59,764 bases of DNA from a virus (Duplodnaviria > Caudoviricetes), in IMG/VR virus record IMGVR_UViG_3300048597_000258, positions 1-59,764 of that record. The stretch is one strand, 5' to 3'. Each line of letters starts with the position of its first letter. The first letter of the stretch is position 1. The translations under genes and the position numbers were made by a program. Below, one piece after another: positions 19,006 through 28,101 of the stretch. Below the pieces are notes generated by a model. The model did not search any database. It worked only from the letters and a program-made list of their open reading frames with translations, and was not told the DNA's origin.

Positions 19006-19019
19006 GAATGGGCGTTCCG

Positions 19020-20621
19020 TCATGCCACCAGCCGAAGGATCGGGATGGCCAGTTCGGCGTCCATAGACCGCTGCGGGCTCCCGCAACGCACTATAGACCA
19101 TGACTCGGGGCCCCTTGCGAAAGCAAGAAGGGCCCCGAGGGTTGAATCGGCCTCGATAAGTATTTGATTTCCTTGTCTCCGAGCGCCGACCCTCGAAATG
19201 AGGCTCCGCACAAGCTCACGCGCGCGGACCCCTTCGGTGCTTGCTCTGCCGAGCAACTTCTCGACTTCACCAAGCTGTCGTCTGTAACGTGCGGGTGCAT
19301 CGGTCGGCGCCGGGACCACATTCACTTCCGCCGGCACCTCGATTCTTTCCCGCTCTGCCTCGAGGCCCCTGATGCGCGACATGACAGCCGCGCTGCTCTT
19401 GCCCTCCTCGATCGCCGCCATCAGGTTGGCGATCTTGCGGTCAATCTCCCCCCTCCGCCGCTGGACGTTCTCGGCCTCACGCGCCCGCTCCGCCATCCGG
19501 CGCTCCACGCTTTCCCGGAGGTGCCGGGTGTATTCCTCGACGAGGACCTCGTCGTCCATGGCCGTCCGGAGCGCCTCGAGGATCCAGCCTTCCAGCCTGC
19601 CCATGTGCACGCCGCGATTGTTCCCGCAGGACCCCGCGTTCATCTGCGCCGTGCACCGGAAGTAGCCGTTGGCGAGCGCCATGGGGCTGCCGCACTCCTC
19701 GCAGCGCACCAGGCCCGACAGAAGCGTCTTGGGGCGGCGTAGCTGGTGCGGGGGATAGTTCCTTGCCGCGTCCACCCGGCGGGCCTGTACGGCCTCCCAC
19801 AGGGCCGTGTCGACGATCTGCAGCCCCGGCACATCCTGGCTGATCCAGACCTCCCTGGGGTTTGGCCGCGCGATGCGCCTTCCCGTCTCCGGGTCCTTGA
19901 TGAAACGCTGACGGTTGAAGACGGGCCTCCCGACATAGATCGGGTTTACCAGAAGGCCGTTGAGGCGGCTGACCGTGCCGACGAGCGTCGACACCCGCCA
20001 CTCCTTGCCACGCGGCGCCTGCACGCCTTCCCGGTTCAGCGCGGCGCATATCGCCCGCGGGGCCACGCCGGCGGCATAGTCCCCATAAATCCTCCTGATC
20101 ACCTCGGCCTCGCCTTCGTCTATGACGCGGAGGCCCCGCTTCTCCCCGGCGCCGACCCGGTAGCCGTAGCAGTTCCCGCCGGGGATCCTGCCATCCCGTG
20201 CGACCGCGAGGTTGCCGCGCCTGGTCTTGTCGGAGAGTTGCTTGAGGAACATCTCGCCCATCAGGCCCTTCAGGCCAGTGTGAAGCTGGGTGATCCGGCC
20301 ATCCGCGATCGTCCAGAGTTCGACGCTGTCCCTCTCGGTGAGCGAGTAGAGCCGCGCCGAGGCCTCGAGGTTGCGGTTGTAGCGGTCGAGGTCTTCGGCC
20401 ATCACCGCGTCGAAGGTGCCGAGCTTCATGGCGGTGAGCATGGCCAGATACTGCGGCCGCTGCGCCTCATGGGCGCCGGAGACGGACTCGTCGGCGTAGC
20501 GCTTGACGATCACCCCTCCCAGGGCGGCGATCCGCGCCTCGCACTCCCTGATCTGGTCAGCGCACGATTTGGGGTTTTGCCGGTCGCTGCTGTGGCGCGC
20601 GTAGATTGCCCATCTGAGCAT
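19020..20621 (-). CDS. int: Large serine integrase
   Basis: AIYARHSSDRQ catalytic Ser, EDLDRYNR, recombinase domain, Zn ribbon LLSGLVRCEECG, coiled coil. Confidence 0.95.
   Translation of the reverse strand: MLRWAIYARHSSDRQNPKSCADQIRECEARIAALGGVIVKRYADESVSGAHEAQRPQYLAMLTAMKLGTFDAVMAEDLDRYNRNLEASARLYSLTERDSVELWTIADGRITQLHTGLKGLMGEMFLKQLSDKTRRGNLAVARDGRIPGGNCYGYRVGAGEKRGLRVIDEGEAEVIRRIYGDYAAGVAPRAICAALNREGVQAPRGKEWRVSTLVGTVSRLNGLLVNPIYVGRPVFNRQRFIKDPETGRRIARPNPREVWISQDVPGLQIVDTALWEAVQARRVDAARNYPPHQLRRPKTLLSGLVRCEECGSPMALANGYFRCTAQMNAGSCGNNRGVHMGRLEGWILEALRTAMDDEVLVEEYTRHLRESVERRMAERAREAENVQRRRGEIDRKIANLMAAIEEGKSSAAVMSRIRGLEAERERIEVPAEVNVVPAPTDAPARYRRQLGEVEKLLGRASTEGVRARELVRSLISRVGARRQGNQILIEADSTLGALLAFARGPESWSIVRCGSPQRSMDAELAIPILRLVA
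19069..19088. other. Candidate attP core inside the integrase 3' end
   Basis: Imperfect inverted repeat CGCTGCGGG-CT-CCCGCAACG; CCCGCAAC matches the 3' end of initiator tRNA-Met. Confidence 0.55.
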
Positions 20622-20754
20622 CAAGATCTCCAACAATTCGTTCCGCCTCTGCCTCGGCCATCAGGCGCGCAAGGGCCAGCAAGGCCGAGCGGGCCGGGGA
20701 GGGTAGTCCTGAAAGCCTCGGAATGGCAACTCGCGGGACAGGCGGGCGGGACAT
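20557..20754 (-). CDS. Small protein overlapping int start, candidate recombination directionality factor
   Basis: 65 aa, helical ALLALARLMAEAEAER; assigned by position only. Confidence 0.35.
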   Translation of the reverse strand: MSRPPVPRVAIPRLSGLPSPARSALLALARLMAEAEAERIVGDLDAQMGNLRAPQQRPAKPQIVR

Positions 20755-20758
20755 GGGG

Positions 20759-20974
20759 CTAGTTGAACTCCTCGATCCGCAGCCGCACGACCTTGAACCC
20801 GCCGGCGAACTTGCCGAACACGTCCTCGATCACCTCATCGGGCCAGCCGTTGAAGACCACGACGCCGTTGAAGCCCAGCCAGTTCACCTGGGCGGCTCGC
20901 TCGGTCGGTGAAACCGTTCGGACGTCGATCTGCCCGGTCGCCACGTTCTTCACGCCGTAGCCGCTGGCGCTCAT
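20759..20974 (-). CDS. Hypothetical protein
   Basis: ATGA-coupled ORF in the early left operon. Confidence 0.6.
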   Translation of the reverse strand: MSASGYGVKNVATGQIDVRTVSPTERAAQVNWLGFNGVVVFNGWPDEVIEDVFGKFAGGFKVVRLRIEEFN

Positions 20975-21573
20975 GGCACCACCCGCGTGAAGCTGATGGC
21001 CGTCACCCACGGGTTCTCGTCCCATGCGCCGGGGCCGTGGATGCTATCCCACAAGTCGGCAAACTTGCCTTTGTATGCAAGCGTCTGATCGCCGAAGAAG
21101 TCGCAGCCTTCGGCCTCTGCCTCCTCCTCGCTGATGTCCTGCAGCCGCTGCACGCGCACCGCCTTGACCTCGAGGGTGATCCGGCTCGCCCAGCGCGGCA
21201 TGTGGATCGAGGGTCGCCAACCCCAAGTCTTGCCGCTTTGCGCGCAATCGGCGGCGTAGCGCAGATATTCGGGATTGTTGGGCGACGGCGGCGCTACAAT
21301 CCGAGAAGCCCAGCCCCACGTCTCCCGCACCCACAAAATGTCGCCCACGGTGTAGCGCGTATGCACGATGCACTCGCGCGTAGCCCCGCCGCCAACCGCC
21401 GTTGCGCTGAACCGTGCGCCTCCATCCTCCCAAATGCGGTCGAGAGATACCGTGCCCTTGAAATAGCCGTCATAGAACGGCTGCGGCTTGATGATCCTTC
21501 GGGTTTGGCTTTTCCTCCCTTCGAGGATGGCGCGCACCATCGGGGCGGAGAAAATGATCGGTCGCTCGTTCAT
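20971..21573 (-). CDS. ASCH/PUA-like phage protein
   Basis: ERPIIFSAPMVRAILEGRKSQTRR...LWVRETW...WRPSIHMPRWASRI...NPWV. Confidence 0.85.
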   Translation of the reverse strand: MNERPIIFSAPMVRAILEGRKSQTRRIIKPQPFYDGYFKGTVSLDRIWEDGGARFSATAVGGGATRECIVHTRYTVGDILWVRETWGWASRIVAPPSPNNPEYLRYAADCAQSGKTWGWRPSIHMPRWASRITLEVKAVRVQRLQDISEEEAEAEGCDFFGDQTLAYKGKFADLWDSIHGPGAWDENPWVTAISFTRVVP

Positions 21574-21797
21574 GTCCCGACCTCCATCGCGTCTTTCGCG
21601 GCCATCTTCCTGATGCACTTCGGGCAAGTCGGGGCTTCCTTGTCCCACTCTCCCCATCCAGCGCTCTTGCCTTTCGGAGCCTTGCCGCAGAGGGCCTTGC
21701 CGTTGGACCAGTCGACCGCGTGAATATGGCCAGACAGATCGGAACCGCTGCGGCAGCGACCCGCCATCGTGCGAAACTTGATCACCGTGTCGCTCAT
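21570..21797 (-). CDS. Small Zn-finger-like protein
   Basis: H...ALCG...TCPKC. Confidence 0.6.
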   Translation of the reverse strand: MSDTVIKFRTMAGRCRSGSDLSGHIHAVDWSNGKALCGKAPKGKSAGWGEWDKEAPTCPKCIRKMAAKDAMEVGT

Positions 21798-22003
21798 GTC
21801 AGCACCGCCCAGATCAGCCACGCAGCGAGGATCACCGTAAGGCCTCGCAGCATGAACACGAGCCAGATCATCGGATCCATGTTGAACAGGCTGCCTCGGT
21901 TCTCTCTGGTCGCGCGGCGGCCGTCCCACACCGTCCAGATCACCACGGCGATCGTGACCGTGAGCGGCAGCATCCACCAGCCGATGGAAATCATGATGTT
22001 CAC
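21794..22003 (-). CDS. Small 2-TM membrane protein
   Basis: IGWWMLPLTVTIAVVIW and a second hydrophobic helix. Confidence 0.6.
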   Translation of the reverse strand: MNIMISIGWWMLPLTVTIAVVIWTVWDGRRATRENRGSLFNMDPMIWLVFMLRGLTVILAAWLIWAVLT

Positions 22004-22179
22004 AGCAGCACCCCCTGGCTGGCAAATCGGGCGGCGAGCGCTTTGTCGACCTGTCGCTCAAGGTCCTTCGACGCATCCAGGGCGGCGCGGTCGTTACCGC
22101 CCTCGCGCCTCACGGCGAAGAAGTGCCGCTGCGCCTTCCGCATGCGGAGCACAAGCTCAAGGATCTGCTCATCGGTCAT
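22000..22179 (-). CDS. Hypothetical protein, 59 aa (not in ORF track)
   Basis: MTDEQILELVLRMRKAQRHFF...SKDLERQVD; overlaps both neighbours by 4 nt. Confidence 0.6.
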   Translation of the reverse strand: MTDEQILELVLRMRKAQRHFFAVRREGGNDRAALDASKDLERQVDKALAARFASQGVLL

Positions 22180-22787
22180 GCGGGTTCCCCTTTGTTCTCG
22201 GTTTCACGGTCTGTTCGGGGCAACTCCTTTCCGGAATCCGGAAACAACTTTCCCCGCCGGAGGGCGGCGGCGAGGCGGCACCCGTCGTTGTGCACGCCCT
22301 TCTCCCGCTCTGCATCGCAGAAGGGGCAGGCTGCAACAAAACCGCCCGGCAGCGCATCGGTGAGACCGCCCCATTCGACTTCCCGCAAAGCGGTGCGCAG
22401 GCCTTCGATCTCCGCCGCCTGCTCACCGATCTTGGTCCGGTATTCCTCGCGCGCGGCGGCGTAGACGTCATACTGGCCGCTGACGAGCCGATTAATCTCA
22501 GCCCGGAGCGCATCGCGATCGTCGTTCACCGCCCTGCTTTCAAACTGATCGCCGTGAGCGATGAGATCACGGGCGATGCTTGCCAGGTGCGGCTCTGCCT
22601 CTTCTTGGGCCACCATGTCGAGGAGGTCCACACGGCAGGCTGGGCAGAGGGGGTGCGCATGAACAATGTGGTGCAATGCACCCTTGAACACATAGGCACC
22701 CTTCGGGTGGACCCTGTCGTTGACCGAGAACGCCACGTCGATGAGGCGGCCTATGCCGCGCCGGGGCTGTGGTTCGCCTGTCTTCAT
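22176..22787 (-). CDS. Hypothetical protein with coiled coil and CPxC motifs
   Basis: GGAGGAG RBS; CPAC and CPFC...H..C. Confidence 0.55.
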   Translation of the reverse strand: MKTGEPQPRRGIGRLIDVAFSVNDRVHPKGAYVFKGALHHIVHAHPLCPACRVDLLDMVAQEEAEPHLASIARDLIAHGDQFESRAVNDDRDALRAEINRLVSGQYDVYAAAREEYRTKIGEQAAEIEGLRTALREVEWGGLTDALPGGFVAACPFCDAEREKGVHNDGCRLAAALRRGKLFPDSGKELPRTDRETENKGEPA

Positions 22788-22804
22788 TCGCTCCTCCTGG
22801 CGTT

Positions 22805-23206
22805 TCAGAAAGCCATCTTGTCGGTCAGTGAGCCACCGGCGCCGACATGAGCATCGCAGACCGCCTTGGCGCGTTCCGGGGTCATCGGCAGGTCGTCGAC
22901 GCCGTCCAAGAAGCTCTTCGGGTTGGCAAGTAGATCGGCATAGGTCGGCGCGCACTTGCTGCACAGCACGCCGCCCTCGTCAGCATAGTAGCGCTTGTCA
23001 GCGTCAAAAATCGGCTCGCTGCAACTCTCGCACTCGAGCACGTCTACATCGCCAACAAGCTCGACCATCTGGTTGATGACGTCGTAATGAGGCTGCATCG
23101 CCTCCCTGTAGGCTTGCCGCTGGGGTTCAGCAGCGGCGTAGGCATCTGCAGCGCGGGCCTTGAGCGCCTTGAACTGTGCGCGGGTTTCTTCGCTGATGTG
23201 TGTCAT
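22805..23206 (-). CDS. Zn-finger protein
   Basis: CESC...CSKC. Confidence 0.6.
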   Translation of the reverse strand: MTHISEETRAQFKALKARAADAYAAAEPQRQAYREAMQPHYDVINQMVELVGDVDVLECESCSEPIFDADKRYYADEGGVLCSKCAPTYADLLANPKSFLDGVDDLPMTPERAKAVCDAHVGAGGSLTDKMAF

Positions 23207-23823
23207 AGTCCCAGCGCCTCCTTGCGCGCCTGATTGAGTTCTGCCATCGCCTCGTCCGATCCACCGGCATCCGGGTGCCTTGTCTTCGCGAGTTCCCTGA
23301 ACCGCGCCTCGATAGCCGCACGGCCATTCCGCTTCGGGTCGAGGTTCATCACCTCCCACCATGGCCGCTTCGTCCGCACTCCGGGCTGCGGAGGCAGCGC
23401 GGTGAAGCCTGCGAACATTTCGCTGACCGTCGCCACGCCATGGCGCTCGATCGCTCTCGTCGCTTCGATGTGAGCCGCGATCGCCGCGATGTTGTCCTCG
23501 ACGTTCCGGTAGGTATCGCAAGGCATGGCCCGCGACTTTCCGGCCAGGTGGAAGTAGACGCACACGCCGGGATCGTCAGGCTTGCGCTGACCGGAGCGAG
23601 GCAGGCCGTCCTGCCGGATCTCGAGGTTGGAACTGATCACCACCCCCCGCGCGCCGATGCGATTAGCTTCAGCCATGAGCCGCGCCACCGCCTCGCTGAC
23701 GGTGAGTGAGCGCTTGGCATTGGTGCGCCAGTCCGTCTTGTGGAAACGCCCGTCCTTGCGCTTGAACGATGCCAGGCGCGGGCGCCCCTGCGGCCACTGG
23801 AGCGGATAGGCCTGTGCCGTCAT
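23203..23823 (-). CDS. Phage J-domain (DnaJ-like) protein
   Basis: AYPLQWP N-terminus; C-terminal WWEVM...RFRELAKTRHPDAGGS...ELNQA with intact HPD. Confidence 0.88.
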   Translation of the reverse strand: MTAQAYPLQWPQGRPRLASFKRKDGRFHKTDWRTNAKRSLTVSEAVARLMAEANRIGARGVVISSNLEIRQDGLPRSGQRKPDDPGVCVYFHLAGKSRAMPCDTYRNVEDNIAAIAAHIEATRAIERHGVATVSEMFAGFTALPPQPGVRTKRPWWEVMNLDPKRNGRAAIEARFRELAKTRHPDAGGSDEAMAELNQARKEALGL

Positions 23824-23951
23824 TGCTTCTTCTCCACATTGACATAGCCAGCGAACGGGCCGCCGCACATGCATCGCCCGGTGCGCGGGTCGCGCCAGCA
23901 CTTCTCGCAGCATGGGCACTTGGCCGGCTCGGTGAATGGACCGCGGCTCAT
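23820..23951 (-). CDS. Small Cys-rich protein
   Basis: CPCCEKC...CMCGGPF; coupled stop/start. Confidence 0.45.
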   Translation of the reverse strand: MSRGPFTEPAKCPCCEKCWRDPRTGRCMCGGPFAGYVNVEKKQ

Positions 23952-24250
23952 GACGCGCACCTGTAGCGGCGCTTGCCGTTCTTCTTCTTCTTCAGCCAGA
24001 TCACCTTCCCGCCGTTGCAGCGGCTGGTCTTCTTCGCTGCGGGCTTGGCAGGAGGCGTATAGACGCTGTTGCCAGCGCCGAGGATGCGATTGGGTTCTTG
24101 GGCGATCTTGAACGGGTTGCCCACCGGCTCCCGCACGACAATTGCGCAGGGGACCTGATGGGCGACCGTGGCGCGAGGCTGCTGCTCGAGGGGCGATGCG
24201 CAGGCAGCGCCGGCGAGGATCACAATGGCGATCACCTGGCTCATCAGCAC
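23948..24250 (-). CDS. Putative exported or lipoprotein with basic C-terminus
   Basis: VIAIVILAGAAC signal-like segment; KKKKNGKRRYRC end. Confidence 0.5.
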   Translation of the reverse strand: MLMSQVIAIVILAGAACASPLEQQPRATVAHQVPCAIVVREPVGNPFKIAQEPNRILGAGNSVYTPPAKPAAKKTSRCNGGKVIWLKKKKNGKRRYRCAS

Positions 24251-24576
24251 TCCCCACCACGCTCAAGGGGCGCCCTGAACCTCATCACCGGGTGCACGAA
24301 CTGATAGACACCCGGGACCTTGCCGATCACCTCGGCCACCCAGCCGCGGTCCACAAGCTCCATTACGCAGAAGTGGACGGCGGAAGCGGTCATGCCAACC
24401 GACGTGGCCGTGCCCCGGAAGTCGACGGTGAACTTATGGCCGTGGGGCCTGTTCTCCACCAGCCAGTGATAGACCCTCGCCTGCCTGGGCGTCATGCTGT
24501 AGCGCTTGCGGCCGTCGAGGGGCTGGCCGAGCGGGAAGGCGGGGATCGTGCTGTCTGCGAGGATGACGGCCGTCAT
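24244..24576 (-). CDS. Winged-helix DNA-binding protein
   Basis: MTPRQARVY...ASAVHFCVMELVDRGWV (LexA-N-like). Confidence 0.6.
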   Translation of the reverse strand: MTAVILADSTIPAFPLGQPLDGRKRYSMTPRQARVYHWLVENRPHGHKFTVDFRGTATSVGMTASAVHFCVMELVDRGWVAEVIGKVPGVYQFVHPVMRFRAPLERGGEC

Positions 24577-24851
24577 GCTGCGTCCTCCGCCTCTGGGGGC
24601 TCCACGACCTGCGTGTACGTGAAGCGCGGGCCGGGGCCGAGACGGTCCCGTGCATTCTCCATCGCAGGGTGCGGCTGCGGCGCGGCTGTTGCCGGGCACA
24701 GTTCAAGAAGGACGACCTCAATGCCCTCTGCGCCAGCGCGCTTGAAGACTTCAATGAGATCTTCCGCATCCGCCCTCGTCTCAAACGCGCGGATATCTGT
24801 AGGAACCGTGCCGTAGCGGCCCATCTTCCTGACGAGGTAGATCGTCTTCAT
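24573..24851 (-). CDS. Hypothetical protein
   Basis: ATGA-coupled ORF. Confidence 0.55.
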   Translation of the reverse strand: MKTIYLVRKMGRYGTVPTDIRAFETRADAEDLIEVFKRAGAEGIEVVLLELCPATAAPQPHPAMENARDRLGPGPRFTYTQVVEPPEAEDAA

Positions 24852-25267
24852 GCGTCACCGCCTGAGCCGGCACCCAGCTTCTCCGCCTTGCTCTCTTCAA
24901 GAGATTGATGCAGCAGTCCGGAAATCTTTTTGCTAATGGCGCTGCCTTCGTCCTCGCCCATGCGCCATGAGAACGTCCACCGCGCATGGGGATCGGTCCA
25001 TTGCAGCATGTGGGTGATGGGCTTCTCGTCGTCGCATTCATACGGCGGACGCGAGATGCCGAGCCAGGGCGAGTCCTTGATCTGCCGGTCATCGGCGGAA
25101 AGGGACAGGTTCTCGAACTCACCGTTTCCCATGATTTCGATCATCAGACCATGATCGTGATCGACGGCCTGCGCGAGGCACCACTGTCCCTCGAACCAGA
25201 TCCAGCCGGCGTCACCGGGGTCAACATCGCTGACCTTGGTGTGGATCGGCGTCAGGGATGTGCTCAT
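24848..25267 (-). CDS. Hypothetical protein
   Basis: ATGA-coupled ORF with GAGG RBS. Confidence 0.6.
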   Translation of the reverse strand: MSTSLTPIHTKVSDVDPGDAGWIWFEGQWCLAQAVDHDHGLMIEIMGNGEFENLSLSADDRQIKDSPWLGISRPPYECDDEKPITHMLQWTDPHARWTFSWRMGEDEGSAISKKISGLLHQSLEESKAEKLGAGSGGDA

Positions 25268-25602
25268 ACCTCACCCCCTGCAGCCTGGCCCACCAGCTTC
25301 GGCTTGCGCTTCGGCTCTGGCTCTGCCGGTTGCTCGACCGCTTCTGCAGCCTGGTCGATCATTTCCGGCTGCGGACCGGGAACGCCGAGAACGGTGGCGA
25401 TCGCCCGCTGGCGCTCATCGAGGGTGTTGACGACCGCCGTTTCGATGTCATCGAGGCAGTTCATCACTACCTTGACCGCTTGGCGGGCGGCGTCGATGCT
25501 CTGCAGAACGACACGCTTGCCGTCAGTGCCGAACTGCATTTCCTTGCTGAACCTGTTGCGTATTTCGACCACTGCCAGGTCGAGGGTGTGAAGTGTAGTC
25601 AT
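25264..25602 (-). CDS. Hypothetical protein
   Basis: AAGGA RBS; operon context. Confidence 0.6.
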   Translation of the reverse strand: MTTLHTLDLAVVEIRNRFSKEMQFGTDGKRVVLQSIDAARQAVKVVMNCLDDIETAVVNTLDERQRAIATVLGVPGPQPEMIDQAAEAVEQPAEPEPKRKPKLVGQAAGGEV

Positions 25603-25634
25603 TCAATCATTCCTTCTGCTGACGTTCCGAAAAT

Positions 25635-26501
25635 TCACTTCTTGGCCGCAGCCAGTTCCTCGTCGCGCGCGCGCCAGCCGGCCTGCCAGGCTGAGGCGAA
25701 CGCCTCCATGCTGGGATCGCGGAACTCGGGCGGCACGGCCTTGAGCGCTTTGCCTTTGTCGCGGGCTTCAACGCCAAGCTGATAGGCATCGGCGGGCGAC
25801 GGATCGCCGGCCTCGCCTTCCTGCACTTCGCCCGTCTCCGGGTCGTGCGTCTCTGCCTGCTGTGTCTCGGCCGGCGCAGTCTCTGTTGCCGGGCTTGCCG
25901 AGGCCGCAAAATCTGACATCTGCGGGCGCGGTGGGGTGATGTCCCTCATGGAGGCAATGCGATCAGCCTCATCCTCGTCCATGACGCCGCTGAAACCGAA
26001 GGCGTAGCGCGCTGCCTGGATCAGTGCCTTGTGGCGGAGCATGCGGTGCTTCATCTTCCAGGGGTCGGTGGGCCGGATGCACTCGGACAGAAACTCCTCG
26101 ACCTCGACCGGATGCTTGCGATCCTTCCGGTACATGATGCACTTGCATGAGACCGGATCGCCCTTCGCATCGTTCGTCCACTCGAAGGTGTAGCCATCAA
26201 GCTGAGGGTGCTGATTGATGAGGCTCACCCAGCCATCGATCGAGACGACGGGCTGGATCCCGCCGCCCTTCTTCGGGAAGGCGTGGATCTCCTTGAGGAT
26301 GGGGTTCAGATTGTATTCCTTCGCCACCATCATGAAGGCTGCGAATTCCTCGTTCGTGGCGCTGGACGGCATTGCGGTCTTGCGCACCGTCGTGGCGAAG
26401 GTCTGCGGATCCATGTGGTAGCGGGTTGCCATGACCTCGAGCAGCGACGACTTGCGCGGCGGCTGGAGGGTCTGGACCTGCTTCTCGGCGACTTGATTCA
26501 T
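25635..26501 (-). CDS. bet: Single-strand annealing protein, Red-beta/RecT family
   Basis: YNLNPILKEIHAFP...PVVSIDGW...RMLRHKALIQAARYAFGFSG..DEDE. Confidence 0.92.
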   Translation of the reverse strand: MNQVAEKQVQTLQPPRKSSLLEVMATRYHMDPQTFATTVRKTAMPSSATNEEFAAFMMVAKEYNLNPILKEIHAFPKKGGGIQPVVSIDGWVSLINQHPQLDGYTFEWTNDAKGDPVSCKCIMYRKDRKHPVEVEEFLSECIRPTDPWKMKHRMLRHKALIQAARYAFGFSGVMDEDEADRIASMRDITPPRPQMSDFAASASPATETAPAETQQAETHDPETGEVQEGEAGDPSPADAYQLGVEARDKGKALKAVPPEFRDPSMEAFASAWQAGWRARDEELAAAKK

Positions 26502-26528
26502 TCTGGTGCTTGCTCCTGTGTGGTGGCT

Positions 26529-27692
26529 CTATCGGACCTGACTGACGGTCTCGTGTTCGATGCGGGCGCCGCGCATGACGCGGTTTTCTTCGGCTTGTGC
26601 GTTCATCCATCGCCACAAGGCGGTCTGGAGCGCATCCCCGTGGATGAAGGGCCAGAGGGCTTCCTTGTCGAGGAGGTTGCGGTCCAGGACCTCGCAGACC
26701 CACTGGCGGGAAAGCGTCGACACCGCGCCGTGAAGCGAGCGGGTCCGGGCGAGGTCGGCCTCGGGGCCCTCGATCTTCGCGGCGATTTTGTCGGCGGCCT
26801 TCTCCTCGCGCACCGCCTCCTTGAGATTGGCCTGCGCCTCGCGGTCGGCGGCCTTGGCCCTGCGCTCGGCCTCCAGACGCTCCGCCTCGAGGCGGTCAGC
26901 CTCCCGTTTCGCGGCGATGGCCTTGTCGCGCGCCAGCCTGAGGCGCACCTCGGCGGCGTCCACTTCGGCGCGGGCGTTGATGAGCAAACCCTCGAATTCG
27001 GCCTTCTTGGCTGCCTTGACGTCCTCCGCGATGGGGTCGCCGTTCTTCGCGCGGATCGCGACCTCAGCAGCGTAGGCCAGCATGTCCGCCTTCACCTGGG
27101 CGTGGGTGGCCTTTGCGGATGTGAGAGCGGCGGCAGCCGTCTCCTGCTCCGAGGTTGCGGCAGCGCGCGACTCATCCGCCTCCTGCTTCAGGCGTGCGGC
27201 TTCCTGTGCTGCCGCCGCCGATGCCGTCTTGGCGTTCTCGGCCGCCTGCGCCAGCCGCAATGCTTCCGCAGCCGCGGCGCGCCGGCGCTCCTCCTCCTCG
27301 GCCAGCCGCCGCTTTTCCTCGTCTGCCTTGCGCTGCAGATAGGACTTCGACTTTTCGTTCAGCGCCACCCGGGCCTTCTCCAGCGGCTCGATCGTGGTCT
27401 TGAAGAAACCCCGGATCGCCTTGACCTTCTCTTCGAAGGGGGCTTTCAGCGCATCGCACGCACGGTCGAGCTTCAGTTCCAGCGCCCGCGTCTTCTTGAT
27501 CAGTTCAGCGGCCTTCGTCTGGGTGAGGTCGTCATCGATGCGGTCCGGCGCGCTGTGGTAGGCGGCGAGCAACTCGGCCTTCAGGTCGAGGTCCTCCTTG
27601 TGCGCGTCGGCAAGTTCGTCCGCCAGGGTGACGGGCGGCGAATTGTGGCCCATCATGGTAGCGGCCTCTGCGGTAAAGGCATTCATCAGCAT
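26529..27692 (-). CDS. Long coiled-coil protein (Gam/gp157-like)
   Basis: GHNSPP N-terminus, extended Ala/Glu/Lys coiled coil, C-terminal GARI; adjacent to bet. Confidence 0.55.
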   Translation of the reverse strand: MLMNAFTAEAATMMGHNSPPVTLADELADAHKEDLDLKAELLAAYHSAPDRIDDDLTQTKAAELIKKTRALELKLDRACDALKAPFEEKVKAIRGFFKTTIEPLEKARVALNEKSKSYLQRKADEEKRRLAEEEERRRAAAAEALRLAQAAENAKTASAAAAQEAARLKQEADESRAAATSEQETAAAALTSAKATHAQVKADMLAYAAEVAIRAKNGDPIAEDVKAAKKAEFEGLLINARAEVDAAEVRLRLARDKAIAAKREADRLEAERLEAERRAKAADREAQANLKEAVREEKAADKIAAKIEGPEADLARTRSLHGAVSTLSRQWVCEVLDRNLLDKEALWPFIHGDALQTALWRWMNAQAEENRVMRGARIEHETVSQVR

Positions 27693-27702
27693 ATCTCCTG
27701 TT

Positions 27703-28101
27703 TCAGAACGTGGGGGTCGGAACCGCCATCCAGTCCACGCGCTGGTGCGGATTGGCCATGGGCTCGGCTGGGGCGTGGCGGCGTGACCAATCGCCGGCGG
27801 CCTGGAGGTAGAGGAATTCCTGTTCGGTGATCGGATTGCCGCAGAGCCACGACCACGCTTCCTCGGGGTCGGCGTAACTGCCGTTCACCTCGCATTGCAG
27901 CACCTCGTCGCTCAGCAGTTCGCCGCTCCCGGGATCGATCTCCTGCGCCATCCATATGCGCGCGGGCACAAACACGCCGCCCTTCACGAGCTTGCGCTTG
28001 AACCAGCCGCAGTGAACGGTGTCATCGATCGGAGGCTCTAGGCCGGCAAGCGCATCGGCGTGCCAGCGATAGAGGACATGGCGCGGGGTGGGCGTCCTCA
28101 C
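27703..28101 (-). CDS. Hypothetical phage protein
   Basis: CGWFKRKLVKGGVFVPARIW; Trp-rich; GTG start coupled to the upstream stop. Confidence 0.7.
   Translation of the reverse strand: MRTPTPRHVLYRWHADALAGLEPPIDDTVHCGWFKRKLVKGGVFVPARIWMAQEIDPGSGELLSDEVLQCEVNGSYADPEEAWSWLCGNPITEQEFLYLQAAGDWSRRHAPAEPMANPHQRVDWMAVPTPTF

Noticed and set aside
19069-19095. Possible tRNA gene
   Set aside because: Only about 8 nt match a tRNA 3' end; no cloverleaf. No tRNA, rRNA or CRISPR array was seen in the window.
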